A stretch of DNA of 64,000 nucleotides from Minisyncoccia bacterium (GCA_047639355.1 JBLIOC010000001.1:3215-67214), one strand, 5' to 3'; positions 47,302 to 57,610 are shown, numbered from the stretch's first letter. Numbers and translations: made by a program. The notes: generated by a model from the sequence alone, not told the origin.

Positions 47302-48588
47302 ATGAAATACCAAATTGACGACAAGGAATCATATTCCTTTGCTAGTATCACGCAAAATAAATCACCAATTGTAACCGCATACTTAACGGTAGATATACAT
47401 AAAGAAAGGACTGTCATCGAACAGGCTGTGCAACAGATGTACTCAGACGCTCTTTTATCGGGTGCTGGAAAGTACACTAGAGACGAATTCTTGAGTGCTG
47501 TTAACTTATTAGGTGCCGGGTTGAGTATATCTATTTCTGATAGCGTACTTACAATTAAGCTAATGTCGACTCTTGCAGAATTTAGTAAATTGCTAAAACT
47601 CACTGAGCTTATGCTTGCCCAACCTAGTTTTCCCAAAGCTCAACTAAATCGGATAAAGAGCACTACGGTTAATCAGCTACAAGAGTCAAAAGAAGACAGT
47701 AAGACGATTGCTATGCAAAAATTACGTAATAATATTTATGGTCAAAATGACCGAAAATACTCATCTGAAACTGATGTGGTTATTTCGACAATCGAGTCGG
47801 TAACAGTGGGTCATTTTAAAAGTTTACATAAGACCGTCTTAGCACAACCTTGGACCTGCTCAATTACTGGTGAGTCCGACGCTGTTAAAGCTTTTGAGCA
47901 AGTTGTCGCTAGACTTAAAAAAATTAAAGGGGGGAGTGTTCCTTTTGTTGGTGTCCACCAGCAAAAACCACCACGACATACCGTAGAAATTAAAAACATT
48001 CCCAGTCGCCACAATATTGATTTCGTTATCGGAGCACCACTACCAATCACACTTCACCATCCAGACCTCATTCCTCTAAGTTTTGCTATTGCGGTACTTG
48101 GAAAGTGGGGAGGTTTTACCGGTAGGCTAATGAGTACTGTGCGTGAACTTGAAGGCCTCACCTACGGTATCTACGGCCGCCCAGAGGGCTTCTCTGGTAC
48201 CGAGCAGGGGTACTGGCAAATTACTACTTTTTTTGCACCAGAGAAAGCTTTACAGGGACTCACTTCGACATTTCGCGAGATTACAAAACTTTACAAAAGC
48301 GGTATTACTGAAGAAGAGTTGGTTAAGTTTAAAACCATCTTGCTGACGCAGCAAACACTTTTAAATGATTCTGCCAGTAGCCTATTGTCTAATTTGCACA
48401 CCTACCATTGCCAAAAATTCACTTTGGAGGAAATGATTACCCATAAGGCGCGCATATCTACAGTTACTCTTGATGAGGTAAATGAAACAATTAAAACTTA
48501 TCTAGATCCAGCAACCCTCACCATCAGCGCAGCTGGTCCGGTTGGCACTGTTAAAAAAGACATCCAAAATTTTATTAATAGTGTGTAA
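47302..48588 (+). CDS. M16 family peptidase, second (probably non-catalytic) subunit
   Basis: Length and position fit an M16B pair; it lacks the HxxEH motif. It starts 3 nt after the partner's stop. Confidence 0.7.
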   Translation: MKYQIDDKESYSFASITQNKSPIVTAYLTVDIHKERTVIEQAVQQMYSDALLSGAGKYTRDEFLSAVNLLGAGLSISISDSVLTIKLMSTLAEFSKLLKLTELMLAQPSFPKAQLNRIKSTTVNQLQESKEDSKTIAMQKLRNNIYGQNDRKYSSETDVVISTIESVTVGHFKSLHKTVLAQPWTCSITGESDAVKAFEQVVARLKKIKGGSVPFVGVHQQKPPRHTVEIKNIPSRHNIDFVIGAPLPITLHHPDLIPLSFAIAVLGKWGGFTGRLMSTVRELEGLTYGIYGRPEGFSGTEQGYWQITTFFAPEKALQGLTSTFREITKLYKSGITEEELVKFKTILLTQQTLLNDSASSLLSNLHTYHCQKFTLEEMITHKARISTVTLDEVNETIKTYLDPATLTISAAGPVGTVKKDIQNFINSV

Positions 48589-48598
48589 TAATACTTAT

Positions 48599-48874
48599 AT
48601 GAATTTACTATTTTGGGGGTTGACTATAAGTATGCTGGGGAAAGTTATGCTCGCAGTTGGTGTATTAATTGCCCACACAGAGTTAGCTCATGAACGAAAA
48701 ATTGACCAACTCGTATTAAAAAGCTTTAGGATTGAGCACACACTAACTATTGCGGGTCTAGCTTTGATTGTGACCGGTTACGCAATGGAGGTTTATTTTT
48801 ATGATTTTGTGTCCATGCTTACTTGTTTTGGTGACGAGTGTGCACTAGCTGCTTCTGCAATTCTCTCACAGTAA
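48599..48874 (+). CDS. Small membrane protein
   Basis: Three hydrophobic helices. The ATG at 48599 is preferred over the overlapping upstream extension. Confidence 0.45.
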   Translation: MNLLFWGLTISMLGKVMLAVGVLIAHTELAHERKIDQLVLKSFRIEHTLTIAGLALIVTGYAMEVYFYDFVSMLTCFGDECALAASAILSQ

Positions 48875-48971
48875 TTACAGAATAAATGAAGAAGTGCTGT
48901 AAATTTCTACGGTTCCTCTAGACGTACTTGGTTAATTTGTATATATTCAAGTACTTAATTGGTAAAAATAC

Positions 48972-50912
48972 ATGACAGGCAACGACATTCGAAAAAAGTA
49001 TCTAGATTACATGGCCGAAAATGGTCATGCTGTTATACCGTCGGCAGCCCTTGTTCCAGACAATGATCCGACTACACTTTTTACTGGTAGCGGTATGCAG
49101 CCGCTTGTACCATATCTGATGGGCGAGACTCATCCTAAAGGGACTCGGCTAACTGATTCACAGAAGTGTTTCCGCGCTGAGGACATTGAAGAGGTGGGCG
49201 ATAATCGTCACACAACTTTCTTTGAGATGCTTGGTAACTGGTCACTTGGTGACTATTTTAAAGCTGAGCAAATACCCTGGTTCTATTCATTCCTAGTAGA
49301 CAAAGTTGGACTAGATCCGGAAAGAATCTACGTAACAGCCTTTATTGGAGACGAAACAGCCAATGTCCCAAAAGACAAAGAGGCGGTAGAAATTTGGCAA
49401 AGACTCTTTGCTGAAAAAAACGTTTCTAGTGAAGTGGTTGAAATAGGTACGGAAGAACAGGGAGGTGAAAGGGGAATGAAAGATGGTGAACGTATCTTTT
49501 ACTACGACGCTGCTAAAAACTGGTGGACCAGGGCCGGTAAAATTGAAAATATGCCCGTCGGTGAAATTGGTGGCCCGGACAGCGAGGTGTTTTACGATTT
49601 CGGTACCGAACACGATCCCAAGTTTGGTCAACATTGCCACCCTAATTGTGACTGTGGCAGATTTCTTGAGATCGGAAACTCAGTCTTCATGGAATACGTC
49701 AAAACTGAAGATGGTTTTGAAAAGATGCCAAAACAAAACGTCGACTTCGGCGGGGGACTAGAACGTATCTCTGCTGCCGCTAATAACAGCGGTGACATGT
49801 TCAAAATTGATTTACTCTGGAATGTTATTGAGCAAATTCAGACTATTTCGGGTAAAAAATACGAAGAAAACTTAGAGGCTTTTAGGGTCATTACCGATCA
49901 CATTCGTGGTGCTGTATTTATGATTGGTGACAATATTCACCCGGGTAACACAGAACAGGGTTATTTTGTACGCCGTCTATTACGCCGAGCTGTACGTTAC
50001 GCAGATATTTTGGAAATTCCAGCCGGTGAACTTAAAAACTTGGCTGAGAGTGTAATTTCCACCTATGAAGACCACTATGGTAACCTAGCTGAAAAGCGTG
50101 GAGAGATTAAAACTGCTATTACAACCGAGGAGGAACAGTTTCGTAGAACTCTTGAGAATGGCTTGAAACAATTTAATAAAATTTCTCTTCAGGTTCATGT
50201 CGAAACAATAGAAGTTGATGGTAAAAAAGTTATAGATAAAAACAAAGCACCGGTTACAAAAAAAGCCATTAGTGCGCAAAATGCATTTGACCTGTTCACT
50301 ACATACGGGTTTCCAATTGAGTTAACTGTAGAGATTGCCACTGAAAAGGGTTTATTGGTTGATCGACCAGGTTTTGAAAAATTAATGGTGGAACATCGCG
50401 AAAAATCTCGAGCCGGAGCTGAGCATAAATTTAAGGGTGGCTTGGCAGATCATTCAGATAAAGTTGTCGAGTACCATACCACTACACATCTTTTGCTAGC
50501 CGCTCTTCGTCATTTTGTTGGTGACCATGTTCACCAAGCTGGATCAAACATAACAGGGGAAAGATTACGGTTTGATTTTACACATACAGAAAAAGTTGAC
50601 CGTGATACGTTAAATAAAATTGAAGAATGGGTAAATACAGCGATTAAAGCAGGTGGTGATGTGAACTTCGACACAATGACTAAAGAAAACGCAGAGACAG
50701 ACTCAACTATAGAGGGTAGTTTTTGGGACAGATATCCAGATGAAGTGAAGGTCTATACAGTTAAAGGAAAAGACGGTACTGTATTTTCTCGAGAACTTTG
50801 TGGTGGACCACATGTAAGTAAAGTAGACAATATAGCCGGAGTCTTTAAGATTAAGAAAGAGGAGTCATCATCAGCTGGTGTCAGGCGTATTAAAGCAATC
50901 TTACAAGAATAG
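48972..50912 (+). CDS. alaS: Alanyl-tRNA synthetase, short form (646 aa, lacks the C-Ala domain)
   Basis: Class II AlaRS N-terminus (FTGSGMQPLVPY, FRAEDIEEVGDNRHTTFFEMLGNWSLGDYFK). The editing-domain HTTTHLL motif is present. Confidence 0.9.
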   Translation: MTGNDIRKKYLDYMAENGHAVIPSAALVPDNDPTTLFTGSGMQPLVPYLMGETHPKGTRLTDSQKCFRAEDIEEVGDNRHTTFFEMLGNWSLGDYFKAEQIPWFYSFLVDKVGLDPERIYVTAFIGDETANVPKDKEAVEIWQRLFAEKNVSSEVVEIGTEEQGGERGMKDGERIFYYDAAKNWWTRAGKIENMPVGEIGGPDSEVFYDFGTEHDPKFGQHCHPNCDCGRFLEIGNSVFMEYVKTEDGFEKMPKQNVDFGGGLERISAAANNSGDMFKIDLLWNVIEQIQTISGKKYEENLEAFRVITDHIRGAVFMIGDNIHPGNTEQGYFVRRLLRRAVRYADILEIPAGELKNLAESVISTYEDHYGNLAEKRGEIKTAITTEEEQFRRTLENGLKQFNKISLQVHVETIEVDGKKVIDKNKAPVTKKAISAQNAFDLFTTYGFPIELTVEIATEKGLLVDRPGFEKLMVEHREKSRAGAEHKFKGGLADHSDKVVEYHTTTHLLLAALRHFVGDHVHQAGSNITGERLRFDFTHTEKVDRDTLNKIEEWVNTAIKAGGDVNFDTMTKENAETDSTIEGSFWDRYPDEVKVYTVKGKDGTVFSRELCGGPHVSKVDNIAGVFKIKKEESSSAGVRRIKAILQE

Positions 50913-50973
50913 GTATCCACGATAAAATACATTTTGAATCTATCAGAGGGACTGACACTGCTATAATAAACAC

Positions 50974-52206
50974 ATGTCGCTATTTCAATTAGGGAAAACT
51001 ACCTGTCACTATGGTGTGGTAGTTGATATTGGTTCTGGCAGCGTTTTGGCTGCAATAGTAAAATCTGCACCTGAAGAAAAATACCCACACATTGTTTGGT
51101 CTTATCGTCAACATGCATCATTAAGCAACATAGATTCATTAGAGAAGAGCGCTAAGGCTGTTATGGCAGCCTTAGTGACAGTGCTGATGAAGCTTGATGC
51201 AGAAGGAAGGAAAGTGTTGTACGACCATGACAAGAAAGCAAAATTGACAGATATGCAATGCACTATTTCTGCACCTTGGTCATATACGGTAACTAAAACT
51301 ATTAGTTACAAGCAGGAGAGTGAGTTTATTGTTACAAAGGGTTTGATTGATGAACTAACAACTACAATACAAGAAAAAGTGCAGGCTGATCTAAAAGAAA
51401 ATGAGGTACTTCAGGAGCTGGGACTTAGTACTATAACTCGAGCGACTTTAGGAATGATGTCCAACGGTTATAGTGTTAAACACCCCGAAGGTCAAAAGGC
51501 TAGCAAATTAGCCATTTCACATACAACGGTCGTAACGCACAAATATTTAGTTGATGCCATAGATGAAATGCATGAAAAACTATTTGTTCAATCTGAATTG
51601 AAAAAAGTTTCTTTTATTCTTCTACTTTTCTGCATTACCCGTGAATTACTTTCAAAAAAACATGACGTTTGTCTAGTTGATATCACTTATGAAGCTACTG
51701 AAATTGGCGTGATCAGAGATGGTATTTTAAAGTATAGTACACACACACCGTTCGGTTCATTTTCTTTGGCTCGAGAAATTTCAAGTATTACTGGGGCACC
51801 ACTAATTGAAGCTTTTGGCTATCTGCATACTGAAAAACCGTACTCCTTTACAAAGACTCTAACTGAGTCAAAAAAGAAAGCTATCGACACTATTTTTGAA
51901 GCATATATTGACAGAGTGGCAAGTCTATTTCGTGAAACTGGAGATTCTCTATCTATACCAAGAAGAATATCTCTTCACGCAGACCTAAATAGTGAAATGC
52001 TATTTCTTGATTTAATTGAAAAAGCTGCAAAAAGAAGCACTAAAGTAGCACCGAATATTACACTTATTTCAAACGAACTTATTAATCAAACGCATGATTT
52101 GACAAAAAATAATACAAAAGATATCTCCTCAACAGACACTGCGTTGCTGCTCTCGGCACAGTTTTTCCACATACAATCAAAACATCAAACATTTGATTAC
52201 TTATAA
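50974..52206 (+). CDS. Actin-like (ASKHA) ATPase of the FtsA/PilM family
   Basis: Phosphate-1 VVVDIGSGSVLAAIV and phosphate-2/adenosine CLVDITYEATEIGVIRDG ... GSFSLAREIS align to FtsA/PilM motifs. Confidence 0.55.
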   Translation: MSLFQLGKTTCHYGVVVDIGSGSVLAAIVKSAPEEKYPHIVWSYRQHASLSNIDSLEKSAKAVMAALVTVLMKLDAEGRKVLYDHDKKAKLTDMQCTISAPWSYTVTKTISYKQESEFIVTKGLIDELTTTIQEKVQADLKENEVLQELGLSTITRATLGMMSNGYSVKHPEGQKASKLAISHTTVVTHKYLVDAIDEMHEKLFVQSELKKVSFILLLFCITRELLSKKHDVCLVDITYEATEIGVIRDGILKYSTHTPFGSFSLAREISSITGAPLIEAFGYLHTEKPYSFTKTLTESKKKAIDTIFEAYIDRVASLFRETGDSLSIPRRISLHADLNSEMLFLDLIEKAAKRSTKVAPNITLISNELINQTHDLTKNNTKDISSTDTALLLSAQFFHIQSKHQTFDYL

Positions 52207-52230
52207 AGAGCTATACTGTACAATATACAT

Positions 52231-53556
52231 ATGACACAAAAATGGAATCTTCAGGACATTAGACCTGCCACACCACGTAAACGGCGACCAATCCAACCCC
52301 AAGAGATGAACTATTCTCTTGAGCAGTCAAAAAATACTCTTATGCAGAGAGAAGAGATTCCTAATATTGTCATCGAAAATGGTTCCAAAAAAGGAACTAG
52401 TCGTTTGCTGATTTCGATTGTTTTGTTCGTTACTATTGTTGGAGGTGCTGTTGGACTTAGTGCACTGACAGGAAAAACAGAGCTTACAATTTATCCGGAC
52501 CACCGTGAACCAAACATTAGTGCTGAATTCACAGCCTATCCAGACAAAAGGGAGGACTCCCTAAGCTACGAAATAATGACACTGGAGTCGACCAATGAAA
52601 GTCAGGTTAAAGCCACTGGTCAAATTCAAGTCGAAGTACAGGCTATTGGAACAATTGAGATAATAAAGACTTCTCCCGGAGCAGAGAGACTAATTAAAAA
52701 TACTCGTTTCAGAACCCCTAGCGGCCTTGTCTATCGTATTCAGGAATCTGTAGTTGTGCCAGGATCAGTTAAAGATGGCGAGGGCACTCTTTTGGCAGGT
52801 ACTATACGAGCCGAAGTATTTGCGGACGAAACGGGGGATAAATATAACATTCCTGCTGGTACAGCTTTTGATATCCCCGGCTTTAAAGAAGGTGGCTTTA
52901 CAGACCTTTACGATGATATTACAGCACGCAATCCAGAGTCAATAAATGGAGGTTTTTCCGGGCCGCAGTTTGAGATTAACGAAGATGAACTCAGTACCGC
53001 CAAGCAAGCGCTTGAAGTCCAATTGAGAGAAACTCTTTTGGCCCGTATCGAGAATGAGAAACCAGCTGGTTTTGTTATATTTGAAGGAGCGGTTAGTATT
53101 GTTTACAACGAACTTCCAGCTATAGAGTATGGTCAAGATTTAGTAACAATTCGCGAACAAGCTGTTTTACAAATCCCCCTCTTTAAGGCAACTGAGCTCG
53201 GTTCATTTCTTGCCAAGGAGGCAATTGCAACTTACGACAGAGGTCCTGTTAGAATCGATGATCCAAGTGTTCTAACTTTTAGATACACCTCGGCAACAAC
53301 TAGTTTCAGCGTTATTGCAAACGAACCTTCCTTAAGCTTTAGTTTAAATGGTAAACCTTTACTTATCTGGGAATATGACATAGATAAACTTACAGCAGAC
53401 CTGGCAGGGTTGCCAAAAACAGCTATTAATAACGCTGTTTTAGCCTATCCAGGTATAGACGGAGCACGGGCTCACATAACTCCTTTCTGGAAAAGAAATT
53501 TTCCAGAAGATGAGAAAGATATTATCTTCATTGAAGAATTAAAAGAATTAGAATAA
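52231..53556 (+). CDS. Hypothetical single-pass membrane protein (441 aa)
   Basis: One TM helix (LLISIVLFVTIVGGAVGL) near residue 60 and a large extracytoplasmic domain. Operonic with the FtsA/PilM-like gene. Confidence 0.5.
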   Translation: MTQKWNLQDIRPATPRKRRPIQPQEMNYSLEQSKNTLMQREEIPNIVIENGSKKGTSRLLISIVLFVTIVGGAVGLSALTGKTELTIYPDHREPNISAEFTAYPDKREDSLSYEIMTLESTNESQVKATGQIQVEVQAIGTIEIIKTSPGAERLIKNTRFRTPSGLVYRIQESVVVPGSVKDGEGTLLAGTIRAEVFADETGDKYNIPAGTAFDIPGFKEGGFTDLYDDITARNPESINGGFSGPQFEINEDELSTAKQALEVQLRETLLARIENEKPAGFVIFEGAVSIVYNELPAIEYGQDLVTIREQAVLQIPLFKATELGSFLAKEAIATYDRGPVRIDDPSVLTFRYTSATTSFSVIANEPSLSFSLNGKPLLIWEYDIDKLTADLAGLPKTAINNAVLAYPGIDGARAHITPFWKRNFPEDEKDIIFIEELKELE

Positions 53557-53622
53557 TATGAACAGTCAGGATAGAGAATCAGTTGACTCTTTCATGTTAT
53601 TTGTTATACTCACCCTCGTTTA

Positions 53623-53850
53623 ATGGATCAAGAGACATCAGCGGTTAAAGACGAACTTGTATACGGCATAGTAGAGGAAGCTCTACCTAATGCTATGTTT
53701 CGTGTGACTCTAGAAGAGTCCGACGAAACGATACTAGCGTACCTAGCAGGCAGAATGCGACGTTTTCGTATTCGTGTTCTAGTAGGAGACAAAGTCGGGA
53801 TGGTTACTGACCCTTACGGAGGAAAAGCAAGAATCACAAAGCGTCTCTAA
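53623..53850 (+). CDS. infA: Translation initiation factor IF-1
   Basis: S1-like [35 protein letters not shown]. Confidence 0.93.
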   Translation: MDQETSAVKDELVYGIVEEALPNAMFRVTLEESDETILAYLAGRMRRFRIRVLVGDKVGMVTDPYGGKARITKRL

Positions 53851-53861
53851 AACAAGTATTT

Positions 53862-53978
53862 ATGAAAGTTCGATCATCAGTTAAAAAAATGAGTCCAGAT
53901 GACAAAATCGTCAAACGACGAGGTGTCGTATTTGTCATCAATAAAAAGAAGCCGCGACATAAACAAAGACAAGGTTAA
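53862..53978 (+). CDS. rpmJ: 50S ribosomal protein L36
   Basis: 38-aa [41 protein letters not shown], not in the supplied ORF track (it is under 60 aa). Conserved infA-rpmJ-rpsM order. Confidence 0.85.
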   Translation: MKVRSSVKKMSPDDKIVKRRGVVFVINKKKPRHKQRQG

Positions 53979-53983
53979 AACAT

Positions 53984-54361
53984 ATGAGAATCTCTGGTAT
54001 TACAATCCCCGACGAAAAACAACTCCCGTACGCACTTACCGCGGTGTACGGTATTGGTCTACCTCGTTCAAGGGAAATCCTCGATGAACTATCTATCGAG
54101 CACACTAAAAAAGCAGTCGACCTTTCGACAGATGAAGAAATCGCTATTCGAGAAAAAATAGAAGTTTTCACCACTGAAGGTGAGTTAAAGCGTCTTGTAG
54201 CAGGTAACATAAAACGTCTTAAAGACATTAGCTCATATCGCGGCTCACGTCACACCAAGCGACTCCCTGCACGCGGACAGCGTACTAAAACTAACTCACG
54301 TACACTCAAGGGTGCCAAGAAGACTATGGGTAGTGGGCGACGTAAGTTAGAAAAGACTTAA
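53984..54361 (+). CDS. rpsM: 30S ribosomal protein S13
   Basis: MRISGITIPDEKQLPYALTAVYGIG. Confidence 0.95.
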   Translation: MRISGITIPDEKQLPYALTAVYGIGLPRSREILDELSIEHTKKAVDLSTDEEIAIREKIEVFTTEGELKRLVAGNIKRLKDISSYRGSRHTKRLPARGQRTKTNSRTLKGAKKTMGSGRRKLEKT

Positions 54362-54393
54362 AATTTTATTAATCATTCATTATCGTACGACAT

Positions 54394-54825
54394 ATGGGTA
54401 AGAAACGTATCATGAAAAAAAGCGGAGGGTCAGATGTGGCTGGCACATCACGAGCTCTAAACCGCATTCCAAAACGAAAGCTTCTGTCAGGAAAACTGAA
54501 CATCTTGGCAACTTTCAATAACACTCTCGTCACTTTATGCGACAGTAAAGGTAATTCTGTAATGGCCGCATCTAGCGGGGCACTTGGTTTTAAAGGTTCT
54601 CGTAAGAGCACTCCTTTTGCTGCTGCGAAAGTAGGTGAAATCATTGGTGAAAAAGCTCAGCAGATGGGCATGAAAGAAGCTGAAGTAATCGTTCGTGGTG
54701 TTGGAGCTGGTCGAGAATCAGCCCTTAGAGCTTTTTCTGGAATGGGAATTAACGTGACCAAAATTTCTGATAAAACACCTATGCCGTTTAATGGACCGAA
54801 GCAACCTAAGCCTCGTCGAGTATAG
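54394..54825 (+). CDS. rpsK: 30S ribosomal protein S11
   Basis: ATFNNTLVTLCDSKGNSV ... SGALGFKGSRKSTPFAA. Confidence 0.95.
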   Translation: MGKKRIMKKSGGSDVAGTSRALNRIPKRKLLSGKLNILATFNNTLVTLCDSKGNSVMAASSGALGFKGSRKSTPFAAAKVGEIIGEKAQQMGMKEAEVIVRGVGAGRESALRAFSGMGINVTKISDKTPMPFNGPKQPKPRRV

Positions 54826-54835
54826 TTTTTAGTAT

Positions 54836-55447
54836 ATGAAAATAGGACCAAAATTTAAAATCGCAAAACGTCTTGGAGCACCAATCTTCGAGAAGACACA
54901 AACGGTGAAGTTTGAACAATCTGTTGCTCGTCGTGCCAACCAGCGAACAACGCGTCGCCCAGGGCAAATGAGTGACTATAAGCGTCAGTTGATAGAAAAG
55001 CAAAAGATGCGCTTTAGTTATGGCATTACTGAGAAGCAGCTCCGGCGTTACGTAGATGAAGCAGTAGAAAAAAGTAATCAGCCAGTTGCTCTACTTATGA
55101 ATCGTCTTGAGTCAAGACTAGATAACGTTATTTACCGAATGGGATTAGCAAAAACTCGACGTTTGGCTCGTCAAATCGCTTCACATGGACATATTTGTGT
55201 AAATGGAAAGAAAATGACAATCCCGTCACATAGAGTCAAAATTGGTGACATTTTATCTATCCGTGAGGGTAGTCGTCAGACAGGTCTCTTTATTACTTTG
55301 GGCGAGACTCATGAAGCAGCAGGTCTACCAGGTTGGGTAACCTACGATGTTAAGAAGATGGAAGGAGAAATGAAAGGGGATCCAATTTACAATCCAGCCG
55401 AAACCCTGTTCGATCCTGAACAAGTGATGGAATACTACAGTCGATAG
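54836..55447 (+). CDS. rpsD: 30S ribosomal protein S4
   Basis: N-terminal KIGPKFKIAKRLG and the S4 domain (LESRLDNVIYRMGLAKTRRLARQIASHGHICVNGK). Confidence 0.95.
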   Translation: MKIGPKFKIAKRLGAPIFEKTQTVKFEQSVARRANQRTTRRPGQMSDYKRQLIEKQKMRFSYGITEKQLRRYVDEAVEKSNQPVALLMNRLESRLDNVIYRMGLAKTRRLARQIASHGHICVNGKKMTIPSHRVKIGDILSIREGSRQTGLFITLGETHEAAGLPGWVTYDVKKMEGEMKGDPIYNPAETLFDPEQVMEYYSR

Positions 55448-55487
55448 AATTAGAGGTTTACGAAAAATAATAAGTTCAAAACAATTT

Positions 55488-56450
55488 ATGTTAGAAACAA
55501 ATGTAACTCTCCCGTCAAAGCCACGTGTTGTATCTGAAGAAGGTAACCGCGGAATCTTTGAAATAGATGGGCTCTATCCAGGCTATGGACACACACTTGG
55601 TAATTCATTACGACGTATCATCCTTTCCTCATTGCCAGGAGCTGCTATTACTCAAGTTAAAATTGATGGGGTTGAACACGAATTCTCAACCCTGGATGGA
55701 GTGCAAGAAGATGTAATCACTATCCTTCTCAATTTGCGCCGAGTTCGGTTACACATGTTTTCGGATGAGCCAATGACTATTTCTCTTAAGAAGAGTGGAG
55801 TCGGCCCTGTGACAGCTGCAGATATTGAAGCTCCGACTCAAGTTGAAATCTTAAATGGTGACCAGCATATTGCTGAAATAACTAACAAAACTGCTAAGTT
55901 GAACATTGAAATTACAGTTGAGCAAGGTCTTGGCTATATTCCGCGCGAAGTTCACCAGAAAGATAAAATGGAAATTGGAGCGATTGCCCTTGATGCAGTA
56001 TTTACACCAATAAGAAGAGCTAACTATGAGGTTGAAAACATGCGAGTAGGAGACCGCACAGACTATAACCGTCTTCGTGTTGTCATCGAAACTGACGGAA
56101 CCTATACGGCCCGGGAAGCTCTTGAGAAATCAATCGAAATAATGATTCATCAGTTAAAATCTATTATTGGTTTCCAGGAACAACACACAGAAGAAGTATC
56201 TGTAAAAACTACTGATGAAGTAAAAGAAGTGAATGATGAGCCTGACCAAGAAGTGCTGAAAACTAGAATTGAAACAGTTGATCTAACCAGTCGAACATTA
56301 CAATCACTTGAGGAAGCGAGTATTAGAACTATAGGAGGCCTTGTGCGAAAGAAAAAAGATGATATTCTAGCGCTCGATGGTATTGGGCCAAAAGGACTAG
56401 AAGAAATAGAGGCACTCCTTGCCAAAATTAGCCTCAAGCTAGAAGAATAA
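55488..56450 (+). CDS. rpoA: DNA-directed RNA polymerase subunit alpha
   Basis: N-terminal dimerisation domain (GYGHTLGNSLRRILLSS-like) and C-terminal alpha-CTD (DLTSRTLQSLEEASIRTIGGL). Confidence 0.95.
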   Translation: MLETNVTLPSKPRVVSEEGNRGIFEIDGLYPGYGHTLGNSLRRIILSSLPGAAITQVKIDGVEHEFSTLDGVQEDVITILLNLRRVRLHMFSDEPMTISLKKSGVGPVTAADIEAPTQVEILNGDQHIAEITNKTAKLNIEITVEQGLGYIPREVHQKDKMEIGAIALDAVFTPIRRANYEVENMRVGDRTDYNRLRVVIETDGTYTAREALEKSIEIMIHQLKSIIGFQEQHTEEVSVKTTDEVKEVNDEPDQEVLKTRIETVDLTSRTLQSLEEASIRTIGGLVRKKKDDILALDGIGPKGLEEIEALLAKISLKLEE

Positions 56451-56459
56451 GAATGAATT

Positions 56460-56816
56460 ATGAGACACGCAAATAACAAACGAACCCTAAGCAGAAGCCG
56501 TAGCCAACGAACCGCCTTGATACGTGGTTTGGCAGTGTCTCTTATTCGGGACGGGCACATTAAGACTACTCTAGCTAAAGCCAAGGAGCTTCAACCAAAC
56601 ATTGAACGTCTGATCACTCATGCAAAAATTGATTCAATTCAATCCCGCCGGCTAGTTGCATCTAGACTAGGTGAACCGAAGGACGTAACAATCCAAAAGC
56701 TTTTTTCAGATATTGCGCCAAAGTTTAAAGAACGAAACGGTGGCTACACTAGAGTTGTAAAACTCGGTCGAACATCACCTGGTCGCGATGAAGCTATAAT
56801 CGCTTTTGTTGAATAA
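56460..56816 (+). CDS. rplQ: 50S ribosomal protein L17
   Basis: MRHANNKRTLSRSRSQRTALIRGLAVSLI. Confidence 0.95.
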   Translation: MRHANNKRTLSRSRSQRTALIRGLAVSLIRDGHIKTTLAKAKELQPNIERLITHAKIDSIQSRRLVASRLGEPKDVTIQKLFSDIAPKFKERNGGYTRVVKLGRTSPGRDEAIIAFVE

Positions 56817-56821
56817 ATATT

Positions 56822-57184
56822 ATGACTACTGAAACTACAACAAGATCCTACACAATCGACGCAACAGGGAAGCGTCTTGGAAAGGTTGCGACTGAGGCTG
56901 CCTCTTTACTAATCGGAAAGAACGACCCAAATTTTGCTAAGCACATCATGGCAGATGTTAATGTAATAATTAACAACGTTAGCAAACTTGATGTTCCCGA
57001 CAAAAAGGAAGGTGAGATTTATCAAAGATACACTGGCTACCCCGGAGGCCGTCGAACTGAAACCCTAATTCACCTTGCTGAACGGCGGGGCTACGAGGAG
57101 GTGGTCCGTCGTACCATTGGAGGGATGCTTCCAAATAATAAGCACAAGAAGCCTCTGTTAGCCAAATTAACCATCACTGAATAA
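56822..57184 (+). CDS. rplM: 50S ribosomal protein L13
   Basis: YTIDATGKRLGKVATEAASLLIGKN, 120 aa. Confidence 0.9.
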   Translation: MTTETTTRSYTIDATGKRLGKVATEAASLLIGKNDPNFAKHIMADVNVIINNVSKLDVPDKKEGEIYQRYTGYPGGRRTETLIHLAERRGYEEVVRRTIGGMLPNNKHKKPLLAKLTITE

Positions 57185-57191
57185 TTCTCGT

Positions 57192-57602
57192 ATGTCTGCA
57201 ACTAAAAAAACAACCTACGTAGAAGGAATCGGACGACGAAAAACATCGTCTGCACGAGTTCGTCTTACTCCAGCAACAAAGACTGAAATTACTGTTAATG
57301 GTAAGCCATTACTAGAATATTTCACTAATCTTTCGCACCAGAAAGACGTTCAGTCTGTATTAGATACTAAAGAAGCTGGTATTGAGGACTACACAATTAC
57401 AGCTAAGGTAGTTGGTGGTGGTATCTCATCACAAGCTGAGGCTATTCGTCTTGGAATTGCTCGCGCTCTGGTAAAAGAGAAAGCTGACCGACGTAGCCCA
57501 CTTAAAGCTGAAGGATTCCTTAAACGTGATCCTCGTTCAGTCGAACGAAAGAAGTTTGGTCTTAGGAAGGCTCGAAAACGACCAGCCTGGTCTAAGCGTT
57601 AA
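57192..57602 (+). CDS. rpsI: 30S ribosomal protein S9
   Basis: GGGISSQAEAIRLGIARAL ... C-terminal KFGLRKARKRPAWSKR. Confidence 0.95.
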   Translation: MSATKKTTYVEGIGRRKTSSARVRLTPATKTEITVNGKPLLEYFTNLSHQKDVQSVLDTKEAGIEDYTITAKVVGGGISSQAEAIRLGIARALVKEKADRRSPLKAEGFLKRDPRSVERKKFGLRKARKRPAWSKR

Positions 57603-57610
57603 TTATAAAA

